From IMG/VR virus record IMGVR_UViG_3300045988_117710: a DNA stretch of 64,000 nucleotides; one strand, given 5' to 3'. Positions 29,303 through 40,202 of this stretch are shown here, one piece after another. The notes beneath the pieces are model-generated. The model did not search any database, was not told the DNA's origin, and saw nothing but the letters and a program-made list of their open reading frames with translations. The number at the start of each line of letters is the position of its first letter. Position 1 is the stretch's first letter. Made by a program: the position numbers and the translations under genes. The stretch is from a virus.

Positions 29303-30979
29303 ATGGAATTTAATTTTGATTTATTAGATTTGTCTGTTCCTGCTTTTACTCTTAAGAAAGAGCAAGTAGATGCAATTAGGTTTTGTTTAGAAAGACCTAA
29401 TGCAGTCATGTCTTTACAGACTGGTTTAGGTAAGACTTGTTCTTCTATTGTTGTTGCAAGAGAGTTGATGAAGCAGTTTAGTAACTTACCATTGCTTAGT
29501 ATATTTATAGTTCCTAATGAAGCTCTTAAAGCTTTCAAGAAGGAGTTTAAGATGATGGGTATTTCTCATTCTACTTGGGAGAGTTCGAAGAAGACCCCAA
29601 GTAAGGGTGCAAGAGTTTTACTTATTACTCATACAGCATTAGTTAAGTATTTTGATGAGGTTCAAACTACTGTTAGAAGATTTAATTGTTTGGCTGTTGT
29701 TGACGAGATTCATAAGTTTAGTAATACAGCAAAGATGACTCAGTCTTTAGCAAAGTTACGCCCTTATTTCAAAAGGTTTTATGGTCTTACTGCTACGACA
29801 GTTAGAAATGATCCTATGTCTTTACATACAATTTGTAATTTGGTTAGACCTGGTTCTTTAGGTACTGAGGTTCAGTTTAAGACAAGATTCTGTACTACAA
29901 AGAAGAAGATGTTTAAGTATACAACCAAGACAGGTTATAAAGGTCAGAAGGAAGTTGTTGAGGTTACAGGATTTAATCCTGATACTCTAGATCAACTTAA
30001 TGCAATTACTGATGATATCATTATCACTCGTAAGCTTGAGTATAATTTAATGCTTCATAGTATTGATATTCCTTTAGAGAATGAAGTTTGGATGAATTAT
30101 AAGAGAGCTGGTGTTGGGGTTCGTCCTGTTAAGACTAAGACTGTTGAGAAGAAGGTTAAGGATTTGACTACTGGTTTGGATAAGATTACTTATGTTGAGG
30201 TTGAGGATAAGGATTCTTTAGCTTCTTGGGCTGTGAAGTTAATTGATTTACAGAAGTGTTTGGATAATTCTTCAGAGTTTTTTCCACAACTCCCATTTAC
30301 TAATAAGGAGCAGTATTTTCTTAATTGGGTGAAGAGGTTGTTTGATGAAGGACATATTCCTATTGTGTATTGTTTCTATTTAGATACGATTGAACGAATC
30401 AAGAGTTTATTATGGAGATATAAGGATCAGCTTCAACTTGAGGATGTATTTGTTATCTCTGGTCAAGTTGAGAAGAAGGAGAGAGCAAAGATTGAGGATA
30501 AGATTGCACCTAGAACGGTTACTATTATTAATCGTGCTGGTACTGTTTCTATTAATCTTCAGAAGGCAGATACTCTTATATTTTATAATATTCCATGGGC
30601 AATTGATGAGTATTTACAAGCAGTTGGTCGTATAACAAGAACTGATACGAAGTTTGATAGTCAACATATTTACTTTCTAGAGTATGAGGGTACTATTGAT
30701 AATTATCGTGTTATTAAGATTAAGAATCATCTTAATGCTGTTGAGCAGATTCAAGGAGATCAGTTAACAAGTTCTGATGGTATTAATTTATCTGCTAATG
30801 GTATGAGGGATGTTAAGAAGTTACTTCTTTGGTGCTTTAAGCAAGATAATCCTGTTACTAAGGATGAGTTACTTGCTAAGATTAGTTCCAAGAAATCAAA
30901 GAAGAGTAAGAAGGTAGAAATTTCTGATGAGAAGAAAGAGATTTTAAATGATATACTAGGAACTGGCAAGGATTCCTAG
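29303..30979 (+). CDS. SF2 DExH-box helicase
   Basis: Motif I GLGKT, motif II VVDEIH, motif III LTATT, motif VI QAVGRITR. AGGAGG RBS. Confidence 0.7.
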   Translation: MEFNFDLLDLSVPAFTLKKEQVDAIRFCLERPNAVMSLQTGLGKTCSSIVVARELMKQFSNLPLLSIFIVPNEALKAFKKEFKMMGISHSTWESSKKTPSKGARVLLITHTALVKYFDEVQTTVRRFNCLAVVDEIHKFSNTAKMTQSLAKLRPYFKRFYGLTATTVRNDPMSLHTICNLVRPGSLGTEVQFKTRFCTTKKKMFKYTTKTGYKGQKEVVEVTGFNPDTLDQLNAITDDIIITRKLEYNLMLHSIDIPLENEVWMNYKRAGVGVRPVKTKTVEKKVKDLTTGLDKITYVEVEDKDSLASWAVKLIDLQKCLDNSSEFFPQLPFTNKEQYFLNWVKRLFDEGHIPIVYCFYLDTIERIKSLLWRYKDQLQLEDVFVISGQVEKKERAKIEDKIAPRTVTIINRAGTVSINLQKADTLIFYNIPWAIDEYLQAVGRITRTDTKFDSQHIYFLEYEGTIDNYRVIKIKNHLNAVEQIQGDQLTSSDGINLSANGMRDVKKLLLWCFKQDNPVTKDELLAKISSKKSKKSKKVEISDEKKEILNDILGTGKDS

Positions 30980-30991
30980 TATTCGTATAAT
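30978..30991 (+). promoter_or_regulatory. promoter, AGTATTCGTATAAT
   Basis: -10 at 30986-30991. Confidence 0.45.
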
Positions 30992-31018
30992 TTAATAGTA
31001 GTATATGAGGAGATTAAT

Positions 31019-31351
31019 ATGATTAGGAGACATGATTTAGATAAGTTAACTAATCTTCTTGAAGGAATTCAGAAGGAAGGAATTAAGATTAATCGTGATG
31101 ATGAGCTCTCTAAAGTATTAACTGATATCAAAGGTTTAAGAACAGCAATTTATTTACAGACTTGTTCTGGTTTAGGGTATTTAGTTGATGGTACTTTTTA
31201 TAAGAGTGAAGAAGATATGATTAATATATTAGAAGGTTTTGATGGTGATATCGATGACTTGGCCACGAAGTTTGGTAGTGTTCAAACCTTTATTAGTACT
31301 GATTACTTATTAGAGTGGTTAGGAAGAATTATAGATGAGAACTTTAAATAG
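31019..31351 (+). CDS. hypothetical protein
   Basis: GAGGAG RBS, promoter at 30986-30991. Confidence 0.55.
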   Translation: MIRRHDLDKLTNLLEGIQKEGIKINRDDELSKVLTDIKGLRTAIYLQTCSGLGYLVDGTFYKSEEDMINILEGFDGDIDDLATKFGSVQTFISTDYLLEWLGRIIDENFK

Positions 31352-32222
31352 TGTTCTTGAAGAGTATCGTGGTAAGAAGGTTTTCTTAATAGATAACCTA
31401 TGGTATATGCATAAATGTTACAGTGTAATGTCTGATTTTCAGAATGCTGATGGTTATAAGACTGGTCATTTATATGGAATGGCGAATTTGATTACTAATA
31501 TTACAACTAATTTTGAAGATGCTTTGATTCTTATTTGTGAGGATTGTGGTTCTTCTGATAGGAAGCAGTTGGATGAGAGTTATAAAGCAAACAGACATCA
31601 AATGTTTAGTTTTCATTCTCTATTTAGTTTCGAACGTAATTTATTTCAAGATGTTCCTAATGTGTTCTTTTGTTATTCTGAAGGGTTTGAAGCTGATGAT
31701 GTATTGTTTTCAGTAAGTAGGATTAAGGATTATGATAATGAGTTTATTATTTTCTCTGGAGATAATGATTTATTACAAGCTTTAGATGATTCTACTAAGA
31801 TTGTTAGGAAGATTGTTGGAGATAGATTTACAATAGAAATTAATCAGGGTGATGATTATTATAACAAGACTTATGAGTCACTTTTACCATCACAGATTCC
31901 TGTGTTTAGAGCAATTGTTGGTGATAAGTCTGATAACTTACAACCTATTATTTATAGGTTTCCTAGAAAGGTTGCTAAGTTGTTTGCAAAGAATTATGAT
32001 TCTCAATCCGATGATGGTGTTTCTGAACTTTCAGAGAAGGAAAGAAATTTATACAATCAAGTTCCTTTGTGTGATAGGTTTCATAACAATTTAGATATTA
32101 TGAGATTGAAGCCAGTTGATTGTTCTATTCGTGATAAAGATTATAAGTATACATCTAGAGATGTTGCAGGATATTTACAGTTATTTAAGTTTAGAGATTA
32201 TTTAATAAAGAGAGGGTGGTAA
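31335..32222 (+). CDS. 5'-3' exonuclease / flap endonuclease (T4 RNase H / FEN family)
   Basis: FEN-like motifs GHLYGMANLI, ADDVLFSV and FSGDNDLLQALDD. Confidence 0.65.
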   Translation: MRTLNSVLEEYRGKKVFLIDNLWYMHKCYSVMSDFQNADGYKTGHLYGMANLITNITTNFEDALILICEDCGSSDRKQLDESYKANRHQMFSFHSLFSFERNLFQDVPNVFFCYSEGFEADDVLFSVSRIKDYDNEFIIFSGDNDLLQALDDSTKIVRKIVGDRFTIEINQGDDYYNKTYESLLPSQIPVFRAIVGDKSDNLQPIIYRFPRKVAKLFAKNYDSQSDDGVSELSEKERNLYNQVPLCDRFHNNLDIMRLKPVDCSIRDKDYKYTSRDVAGYLQLFKFRDYLIKRGW

Positions 32223-32225
32223 GTA

Positions 32226-32417
32226 ATGGAATATACAGTTATTCTAAAAGATAAGACTTTGAGATATAACAATAAGAAAGATATAGCTACTTTCTTTGGT
32301 GTTTCTGAACAAACAGTGGAGTCTTGGTTGTTAGGTAAATGTAAACCTAAAAAGAAGTTTAATATTGTTCAAGTATATGTTGATGGTTTACTTATTTTAG
32401 ATTTCACTGGGAGGTAA
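32226..32417 (+). CDS. small HTH DNA-binding protein
   Basis: IATFFGVSEQTVESW helix-turn-helix. GAGGGTGG RBS. Confidence 0.5.
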   Translation: MEYTVILKDKTLRYNNKKDIATFFGVSEQTVESWLLGKCKPKKKFNIVQVYVDGLLILDFTGR

Positions 32418-32422
32418 GATTG

Positions 32423-32692
32423 ATGAGAGATGATGTTTTTAGAGTTTCTACAAGTACAGATCCAAGGAAGTTGGCTCAAGCTGTTATGAATAAGGTTCAG
32501 TTTAGTGTTAATACTCCTGTACTAAGTTGTTTGGGTGCAGGTGCAATTAACCAAGCTGTTAAAGCACTTTCTATTCTTATAGGTATGGGTTCTACAATTG
32601 GTTTAGATATTTATTTCAAATCTCACTTTGAGGTTAGAGAATTAGATGGCGAAGAGAAGACTTTTATAAACTTCAAAGTTTATAAGATATAA
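32423..32692 (+). CDS. SpoVS-like (stage V sporulation protein S family) protein
   Basis: RVSTSTDP..LGAGAINQAVKALSILIG..LDGEEKTFINFKV is collinear with B. subtilis SpoVS (KVSAKSSP..IGAGALNQAVKAVAIARG..IDGEERTAIKLIV). GGGAGG RBS. Confidence 0.7.
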   Translation: MRDDVFRVSTSTDPRKLAQAVMNKVQFSVNTPVLSCLGAGAINQAVKALSILIGMGSTIGLDIYFKSHFEVRELDGEEKTFINFKVYKI

Positions 32693-32858
32693 GTCTTCTT
32701 TTTATATATTAATTTAGAAGTAAAGAAGTATTTTATTGTAGTATGTTTGTATTATGGAGTAGAAGAATTTATAGTTACTTTTGATAGGTGATTTTATAAT
32801 GGTTGATTTTCAAGGTCCTTCTATTTCATTTTGTTTAAAGTGATTAGGAGGACTTTTT

Positions 32859-34829
32859 ATGTTTTTCACAATTAATGACATTATCACTGGGAAGAAATAT
32901 AATGTAAATGTTATGTGGATTACATCTATGAAGAATGGTGATGATTCACAGTCTGCTCCTAACTTTGAGTTATTGTTGTATCAAGGTGACGGAGGACGTC
33001 CTTTGGTAGAATCATATGCTTCAGCTGCTGAGAGAAAGGAACGTAGAGATACTATTGTTGAAGCAGGTTCATTTTTCGAACTTAATAGTATTCAATACAA
33101 TCTTGTTTGGGTTCAGTCTGTTGCAAAGGTAAATGCTGGTGATCCATTATATGATGGTAACTTAGCACAGAAACCTGCTGTTTCTATTACATTTGCTAAT
33201 GGTAGAACTATTTATGGTCAGTTTGATACTGAACAAGCAAGAGATGAGTTCTATGACTTATTAATGGAGTCAATGCTTAGTGGTGGTTTAGTTCAAAGAG
33301 ATACTTTTGATGATTTTCCTAAGAAGGGGAATCCTGGATGTGTTTATCTAGCGAAGGATACAGGTATTACTTACTATTGGGATAAGGTTCTTAAGCAGTA
33401 TGTAACAACTGGTTCTGGTGGTCGTAAAGGTGTCTATGAGGCAATTAATGATTTACCTACTACTCTTGGTCAAGTGGTTACAATTAATAAGTCAGATTTA
33501 AGAGAATTGGTTAAGCCAACAGTTGATTTCATGGAGACTTCTGATGTAATTGATGATGAAGGTACTCGTGGTGTTATTATTGCTAATAATGATACTACTG
33601 TAGATATATGTATTATACCAGACAAAACTATTGATTCATTTAAGCAAGTCGCTACTGAAGCTGATTTACCAGAAACTGGGAAGACTAACATATTATTATA
33701 TGTTCAAGATATAGATGAGTTTAGAATTTGGGATGATAATGTACCTGGTTGGGTAGATCCATTCCATCCTATTAGATTTGAGAGTGATATTACTCCAGAG
33801 ACTGCTAGAACTAATACTCTTTATATTGATGAGACAGAAGCAAGATATACATCTGACAATGTTGAGTGGAAGTATATTACTTCTGAAGCAAGACCTTATC
33901 AGAAGGGTACTACTTACTATAAGGGAATGTTAGTCTATAGAGACAATATTTTAACTAAGGCAACAGTTACATTTAAGTCTAATGCAACAGTTAGTAAGAA
34001 TACTGCAGAAGCATTTACTTATGACTTAGATAAAGGAAATCTAGAAGTAATAATTGATGCTTACACTAGAACTAATGTAATGTATGATTTGTCTGACCAA
34101 CTTGATGAAGATACTCAAGAGTTTAATTTACCTGCAGGAGTAACTCCAGAACGTTCTGTTCTAGTATTCTATGCTGGTCAGTTATTAATAGAGGGTGTCA
34201 ACTACATTATCGATTACACTAATCAGAAGTTAAGATTATTGTTCGAAGAGGATCCAGATTCATTAGAAGATAGACATCTGACAATGATTATTGGTAACAT
34301 TGAAGCACCGGCTGGTGTTAGAACTGTTACTGGTATTATTCCTGGATTGGTTGATAATACAGATCCATTTAATCCTGTCATTGGTCATGATGATACTAAG
34401 ATTGATAAGAGTATTGCTAATCGTCTTGTATCTAATACTGATGTTACAGAGGTAGATGGTGCTGTGGATATGACTTTCACTTATGCAGATACTGATGATG
34501 GTTCTATTTCTGCTAAGAAGGTTATATTCAAAACACCAAATGATAATATTAAGTTTAAGGTTAATAATGTAACACCTCAAATCAGAGAGATTGAAATTTC
34601 TGCATTTGGTGCTGCAGAGGTAACTGAACGAGCTATTACATTTGATGGTACTTCTAGGGAGTTTGATTTACCTATTAATGTTGATACTACTAGACCTTTA
34701 GTAGTTATGATTAATGGGTTAGCATTAACTTCTGGTGAAGATTACGACTATGTTATAGTCGGAAATAAGATTAAGTTTACATATGTGTTTGAGGTGGATT
34801 CAAATGCTGTAATAGTAAACTTTAAATAG
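32859..34829 (+). CDS. virion structural protein
   Basis: AGGAGG RBS, 656 aa. Confidence 0.5.
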   Translation: MFFTINDIITGKKYNVNVMWITSMKNGDDSQSAPNFELLLYQGDGGRPLVESYASAAERKERRDTIVEAGSFFELNSIQYNLVWVQSVAKVNAGDPLYDGNLAQKPAVSITFANGRTIYGQFDTEQARDEFYDLLMESMLSGGLVQRDTFDDFPKKGNPGCVYLAKDTGITYYWDKVLKQYVTTGSGGRKGVYEAINDLPTTLGQVVTINKSDLRELVKPTVDFMETSDVIDDEGTRGVIIANNDTTVDICIIPDKTIDSFKQVATEADLPETGKTNILLYVQDIDEFRIWDDNVPGWVDPFHPIRFESDITPETARTNTLYIDETEARYTSDNVEWKYITSEARPYQKGTTYYKGMLVYRDNILTKATVTFKSNATVSKNTAEAFTYDLDKGNLEVIIDAYTRTNVMYDLSDQLDEDTQEFNLPAGVTPERSVLVFYAGQLLIEGVNYIIDYTNQKLRLLFEEDPDSLEDRHLTMIIGNIEAPAGVRTVTGIIPGLVDNTDPFNPVIGHDDTKIDKSIANRLVSNTDVTEVDGAVDMTFTYADTDDGSISAKKVIFKTPNDNIKFKVNNVTPQIREIEISAFGAAEVTERAITFDGTSREFDLPINVDTTRPLVVMINGLALTSGEDYDYVIVGNKIKFTYVFEVDSNAVIVNFK

Positions 34830-34847
34830 TTTAGAGGAGAAATTTAT

Positions 34848-36239
34848 ATGGCAACAACAAAAATCTCAGTCCAACAACTTTCAGAAAAGTTATTTAAGTT
34901 AGTTGGTAGAAATTATCTATTTACAGATAAGACAAATGTCACATTTGATGCAACTGAAAACACAATTACTAGATCTATGTTATTAAATGCTGACAATGTA
35001 GTTCCTACTTGGGAAGAAGTAGAAAGAGCTGCTATTGTATTTATAGTTGATTCTACAAAGAATACAATTAAAGCAACTGCAAAGATAACTGCTAAAGATT
35101 CTACAGCAGACAATGTTAAAGTTTTAGTTGATAATACTTCTACTGAAGTAAACGCTAAATTAAAAGAATTAGAAGAAAATATTAAGACTAACAAAACTAA
35201 TATTGAAACTAATGCTGCTAACATAACTACTAATGCAAATGATATTGATGCTTTAGAAGGTAGAATGGATACTGCTGAAGCTGACATTGATGCTTTAGAA
35301 GGTAGAATGGATACTGCTGAAGCTGATATACTTGCTAATGCTGGTAACATTACTCAAAATGCTGCTGACATTGATGCTCTAGAAGCAAGAATGGCTACTG
35401 CAGAAGGTAATATTACAACAAATACAAATAATATAGCAACTAATGCTTCTAATATTGCAACTAATGTATTAAATATTACTACTAATACAAATGATATTAA
35501 AGCATTGAAAGAAAAGACAGCTACTGAAGAAGCTGAATTAGATGCTTTAACTGAAAGAGTAACTAAGAATGAAACTGATATAGCTGAAAGAGTTACTAAA
35601 ACTGAAGCTGCTACTTTTGTTAAAGATATAGCTTATGATGCTACTACTTGCAAGTTTACTTTCACTATGTATGATGACTCTACTGAAGAAGTAGACTTAC
35701 CATTAGAAAGTACTGTTAAGGGTGGTCGTTATGATGCTGATACTAATACTTTAATACTTATTTTAAATGATGAAGCTGGTACAGAAATTGAAATTCCTGT
35801 TGAAGACTTAGTTGATATCTATACTGGTTCTGAAAATGACCAAATTAAAGTTGAAGTTTCTGCAGATTATATTGTTAGTGCTGCTCTTAAGACTGGTTCA
35901 ATTGATGAAACATTCTTTACTACAGCATTACAAGAAAGATTAAATGCCTTAGAAGCAAAAGATGTAGATTTACAAGAACAAATAGATGCAATTGATCCAT
36001 CTGTTGCTGCTAAGATTACTGGTATTGAATTAACACCAGATGGTCAAAAGACTACTTTCGATGTAGGATTCGAATTAGCTGAGACTGATATAGTTGATTT
36101 ATACTATAATGGGCTTAGAGAATTAGAAGGTAAAGGTTATACAGTAGATAGAACAGCAGGTTCTAATGGTTCAGTTACAACTTTATTTGATGTTCCTGCT
36201 GAAGTTGGAGATACTTTATACATCGAAGTTACTAGATAA
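34848..36239 (+). CDS. fibre protein with tandem coiled-coil heptad-like repeats
   Basis: Repeated (N/D)I(D/T)..A(N/L)E.RM.TAE. motifs, including an exact 42-nt DNA tandem duplication. A-ending codon usage. Confidence 0.55.
   Translation: MATTKISVQQLSEKLFKLVGRNYLFTDKTNVTFDATENTITRSMLLNADNVVPTWEEVERAAIVFIVDSTKNTIKATAKITAKDSTADNVKVLVDNTSTEVNAKLKELEENIKTNKTNIETNAANITTNANDIDALEGRMDTAEADIDALEGRMDTAEADILANAGNITQNAADIDALEARMATAEGNITTNTNNIATNASNIATNVLNITTNTNDIKALKEKTATEEAELDALTERVTKNETDIAERVTKTEAATFVKDIAYDATTCKFTFTMYDDSTEEVDLPLESTVKGGRYDADTNTLILILNDEAGTEIEIPVEDLVDIYTGSENDQIKVEVSADYIVSAALKTGSIDETFFTTALQERLNALEAKDVDLQEQIDAIDPSVAAKITGIELTPDGQKTTFDVGFELAETDIVDLYYNGLRELEGKGYTVDRTAGSNGSVTTLFDVPAEVGDTLYIEVTR
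35244..35327 (+). repeat. perfect-to-near-perfect 42-nt tandem duplication inside the fibre gene
   Basis: ATTGATGCTTTAGAAGGTAGAATGGATACTGCTGAAGCTGA(C/T) x2, encoding IDALEGRMDTAEAD x2. Confidence 0.85.
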
Positions 36240-36266
36240 TTCAATAGGAGAAAAGGAGTTTAATTT

Positions 36267-38741
36267 ATGCAAAAATTAAATAGACAACAACTTCCTGTAG
36301 ATGTATTAAATGAATTATATGGTAAGGCAAACCAAGTTTACGTAGATGAGAAGTTCAATGAATTCTCATCTGCGGTAAACTCAACATCATCTGACTCAGG
36401 TGACTATGCTATAATGCCTTTTAATAATGAAGCTCCTGTTGTATATACAATGCAAAACCGTAACATAGATAATGTTGAAATAGACGGTTCAGTAGGTTAT
36501 AAAGATAATCTACCTGGTGGTTATGTATTTACAGGTGCTGCTGATTCTTACAGAAATAAAACATTTAACCGTATCAAGGTATTCGTTAAAGTACCTGGAT
36601 GGGTTAGAATAGGTATTGTAAGAGGTACAGGTTATGGAATGGGTAAAGACCAAGGTGATGGTGTTGCAAGAGGTATATTCAAAGCCAATGCTAGATATGA
36701 TGCAACAGATGTGTATCCTTCATCATTGGTTAAGGGTGTTGAGGATTCAACAGCTGATGACCAAGCTCATGCAACATTAAAGAAATGGTTAGTAGTTCAA
36801 TATGCTGCTACTGTAGGTGTTCATGAGTACGATTTTGAAGATGAAATTATAACTTCACCATTTGAATACATTTATGAAGAGAGTAGATCAGGAGTTGCTG
36901 GGTTTGTTTATAATAAATCTGGAGCTGCTGTTACAACAGGTAATACAACAATTCCTAATGGGGTTGCTAACACAGGTTTAACATATCCAACAGCTGCAAT
37001 TTCAGCTACAAACCTTTGTGATGGTCAATATCCAATTTCTGATAATATGTTAGATACTTCTGCAAGATTAGCTTACTTTAATGAAAAATCAGCCAGAGGT
37101 GGTGGATATCATAGAAGTTGGACAGGTATTAAATATAACCAAACAGACAAAACAATAGATATATCTCAACATAGAGGTGACTTAAATATAGGTTTATATA
37201 GAAGAGGTGTTAGTGGTACTAAATATTTACAACCTGTTATTGAAAATGCCTTAACTAGAAATATATCAATAAGTGAAACTAATACTGGTCATATAAATGG
37301 ATATGGTCCTAAATATGAAGACCAACAATTATTAGCACAAACTGGAGCTAGAATATATGCTATTGAAGTAATCATAGCAGAACCTGGTGACTTATCATTC
37401 TTTGTATTTAGTTCTAATGATCCAGCTACTTGTAGAATATTAAAACACTTTACATTGAGAACAAGAGGTATAGGTAAGCAACTTATCCATTTACCTGAAG
37501 ATGTTATTTTACAAGAAGGAAACTGGTGTGGTGTAGAAGGTATTACACAAGCTGTTACTTTTAATAGACCTATAGCAAGTGAAGTATTCTCAAGTGGTAC
37601 TACATTAGCACAAGGTTATGCAGATACAGCAAAATTTGTTTATCGTGATCCATCTTCAGTAAAGAATTGGACATGTAAAGGTGATGATCCAACAGCAATT
37701 CAAGATTTAATACCATTTAGTTCAGCTACAGGTACTAGAAGTTCTGGATTCCAATTTTGGAAAGGTGTTCAATATATACCGGGAGCAAATGCAGGTGAAG
37801 GTTATGTTGATTTCACAAATGCATCTATAGTAGAAGACAATACAAACTACTTAAATATATGTCTAGTTGTAAGAGATGAACCAATATCTAAATTAGAAGA
37901 TTTATGGTGTTCTATTACAGGTGACTCAATATCTACTTATACAGGTGTTGTTTCAAAAGCAGATGATTACGGTATGACTTATCTTAATGCAGCTGGTAAT
38001 AACTCATGCTTTTATCCAAAGAATGCTAGTGGATTTACAAACTGTATTGATGCAACTTGGTGGGGAGCTTTAATTAAACAAACAAGAATGAGATTATTAA
38101 GAAACGATGCATGGTCAGGTTCAAGAGTATCTGGAACTGATTCAGATACATCATCAACAGCTTGTGCTTCTGATATAAGATCTGTATTGTTACGTAACAT
38201 TTCATTCCCAACATATGAACCAGTAAAAGAATCAGGTAAATATACACACCCATTTGGTACACCTGATATTGTATTTACTTGTATAGGTACAAATGACTTA
38301 GCAGGTGGGGTAACACCAGGATCTTATTCAAATGAACAACCTGCTGATATTTCAACAATATTAAGTGCATTTGAAAGAATGGTTGGTAAGCACAAAGCAA
38401 ACTATCCACAATCAATATTAGTATACTTTGTTCTACCAAGAGGTTCTAGTGTTTATCCATATACAAATGCAACAACTGGATTCTCAATAGCTCAAATGGC
38501 TGCTTCATTTGAATATATTGCAAAAGCAATGGGAGTATACTTTGTACCACTTTCATATTTCAATGCTTTAAATGCTAATGAAGCCAGTGCAACATTTGTA
38601 TGGACTCCAAATAGTGCTACACTTCATAAAAATAGTACAACATTTGATGGAGCAGTAACAACTGATAAATTACACCCATCAGCTACAGGACACCAAATCA
38701 TAGCAAACGCTTTACAAAGATTCTGTGAACAAATAGTTTAA
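36267..38741 (+). CDS. tail-associated protein with a C-terminal SGNH/GDSL esterase domain
   Basis: Block I ITGDSISTY, block III GTNDL and block V DKLHPSATGH in the C-terminal ~300 aa. Confidence 0.55.
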   Translation: MQKLNRQQLPVDVLNELYGKANQVYVDEKFNEFSSAVNSTSSDSGDYAIMPFNNEAPVVYTMQNRNIDNVEIDGSVGYKDNLPGGYVFTGAADSYRNKTFNRIKVFVKVPGWVRIGIVRGTGYGMGKDQGDGVARGIFKANARYDATDVYPSSLVKGVEDSTADDQAHATLKKWLVVQYAATVGVHEYDFEDEIITSPFEYIYEESRSGVAGFVYNKSGAAVTTGNTTIPNGVANTGLTYPTAAISATNLCDGQYPISDNMLDTSARLAYFNEKSARGGGYHRSWTGIKYNQTDKTIDISQHRGDLNIGLYRRGVSGTKYLQPVIENALTRNISISETNTGHINGYGPKYEDQQLLAQTGARIYAIEVIIAEPGDLSFFVFSSNDPATCRILKHFTLRTRGIGKQLIHLPEDVILQEGNWCGVEGITQAVTFNRPIASEVFSSGTTLAQGYADTAKFVYRDPSSVKNWTCKGDDPTAIQDLIPFSSATGTRSSGFQFWKGVQYIPGANAGEGYVDFTNASIVEDNTNYLNICLVVRDEPISKLEDLWCSITGDSISTYTGVVSKADDYGMTYLNAAGNNSCFYPKNASGFTNCIDATWWGALIKQTRMRLLRNDAWSGSRVSGTDSDTSSTACASDIRSVLLRNISFPTYEPVKESGKYTHPFGTPDIVFTCIGTNDLAGGVTPGSYSNEQPADISTILSAFERMVGKHKANYPQSILVYFVLPRGSSVYPYTNATTGFSIAQMAASFEYIAKAMGVYFVPLSYFNALNANEASATFVWTPNSATLHKNSTTFDGAVTTDKLHPSATGHQIIANALQRFCEQIV

Positions 38742-38754
38742 TGAGGAGGATAAT

Positions 38755-40194
38755 ATGGTCACTATAGAAAGAGAAACATATTACACATTAGACGAAATTA
38801 ACTCATTGATTAGTAACGGTCAAGTTGCCGCTGCTAATCAATGGGAAGTTTACGAACTTTCTTATAATAGTGGTTTTAGTGTTGGTTGGAACCTGTGTAG
38901 AATGTTTGTCAATAAACATACTGGAGCAGTAACGGGTATTCTTGGAATGGAAGGAATGTCTGGAAGTTCTAATAATACTATATTGACTAATAGTAACCTA
39001 GGTATTCATGCAGATATGAAAATAAAATGGCCTGGATTACAAGTCTATACTACAACTACATCAGCAGCTTCTGCGGCTACTAAGAAAGCAGCTAGTCTGT
39101 TTAATATTAGAGTAGAAACAGATGGGACATTTATAGGTCAAGGTCATGGTTTTACTAGATCTGAGCTCGAGACACATATAGAGAATTTCTTCTATATAGG
39201 TTCTAAATATGGTAAGATTACAACTGAGGATGCTAAACCAATTTATCTTCCAGAAGGTACATTTTATAATAAAAATGCAGTTGACCTATTAACTGGTAAA
39301 GCTTGGTTTAAATATACGGTACCTTTAAACTCAGAAGCATACACAGATGACTCGAGTTTAACCTTTTATAAAAATCTATGGTCAGCTGAGTGTATAGTTC
39401 AATATGATTTAAAACCAGTTACAGCAAACACATATCCGAGTATAAGTGTTCCTAATAGATTCATGCCTTACTTAAATTTAACTTTATATCCAAAGATTAG
39501 ATACCTATCACCTGCTTCATCTAACACTCAAGCAAAAGAAAGATGCTATATAAGATTAGGTGGGAATGAGTTTTATCTAGGTGGTGTTCCTTCAGGTACA
39601 ACCAGAATTACAGGTTCTAACTTCTATATAGGAGTTGAAGAGGGAGCTATAGGATTAGATACAGAAACTGGAAAAGGTTTATGGAATAGAGATGCATCTG
39701 TTCAAGTACCTTCAGCTGAAAATACTGTTTTTGGTAATTTAAGAGATAACAACATTAGTCGTGTAGATATCACAGGAATGATTGTTAGTGGATATGTTAA
39801 AAGAGATGGATACCAATGTCATGTTATCAGATCGAGAACAGGAATGGTTAATTTTGCTGCAGCTATGAAAGTAAATAGTACAACATTAGCAGATCCATTA
39901 TTCAATAATTTCACAGCTGCTTGGAGACCAAGTTATAAATACAGGAGATCTACAATAACAGCATCTGGAGTACAAACAGTATATTTTGCTTCACCATCAT
40001 TTATGTCACTGGTAGTAGATACTACTCCTAGTCATAGATCGTATACAGCAAATATATGTTTAAGAACCAACCAAACTAGCGGTGGAGATGATGCGAAGAT
40101 AAAAGCACCGTCTTACGGTACTACTGGAAATATTTCACCAACTGTCGGTAATAATCTAATATGGCAAGGTTGGTATTTAGCAGATAATACATAG
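38755..40194 (+). CDS. virion structural protein
   Basis: GAGGAGG RBS, 479 aa. Confidence 0.5.
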   Translation: MVTIERETYYTLDEINSLISNGQVAAANQWEVYELSYNSGFSVGWNLCRMFVNKHTGAVTGILGMEGMSGSSNNTILTNSNLGIHADMKIKWPGLQVYTTTTSAASAATKKAASLFNIRVETDGTFIGQGHGFTRSELETHIENFFYIGSKYGKITTEDAKPIYLPEGTFYNKNAVDLLTGKAWFKYTVPLNSEAYTDDSSLTFYKNLWSAECIVQYDLKPVTANTYPSISVPNRFMPYLNLTLYPKIRYLSPASSNTQAKERCYIRLGGNEFYLGGVPSGTTRITGSNFYIGVEEGAIGLDTETGKGLWNRDASVQVPSAENTVFGNLRDNNISRVDITGMIVSGYVKRDGYQCHVIRSRTGMVNFAAAMKVNSTTLADPLFNNFTAAWRPSYKYRRSTITASGVQTVYFASPSFMSLVVDTTPSHRSYTANICLRTNQTSGGDDAKIKAPSYGTTGNISPTVGNNLIWQGWYLADNT

Positions 40195-40202
40195 GAGGTA
40201 TT

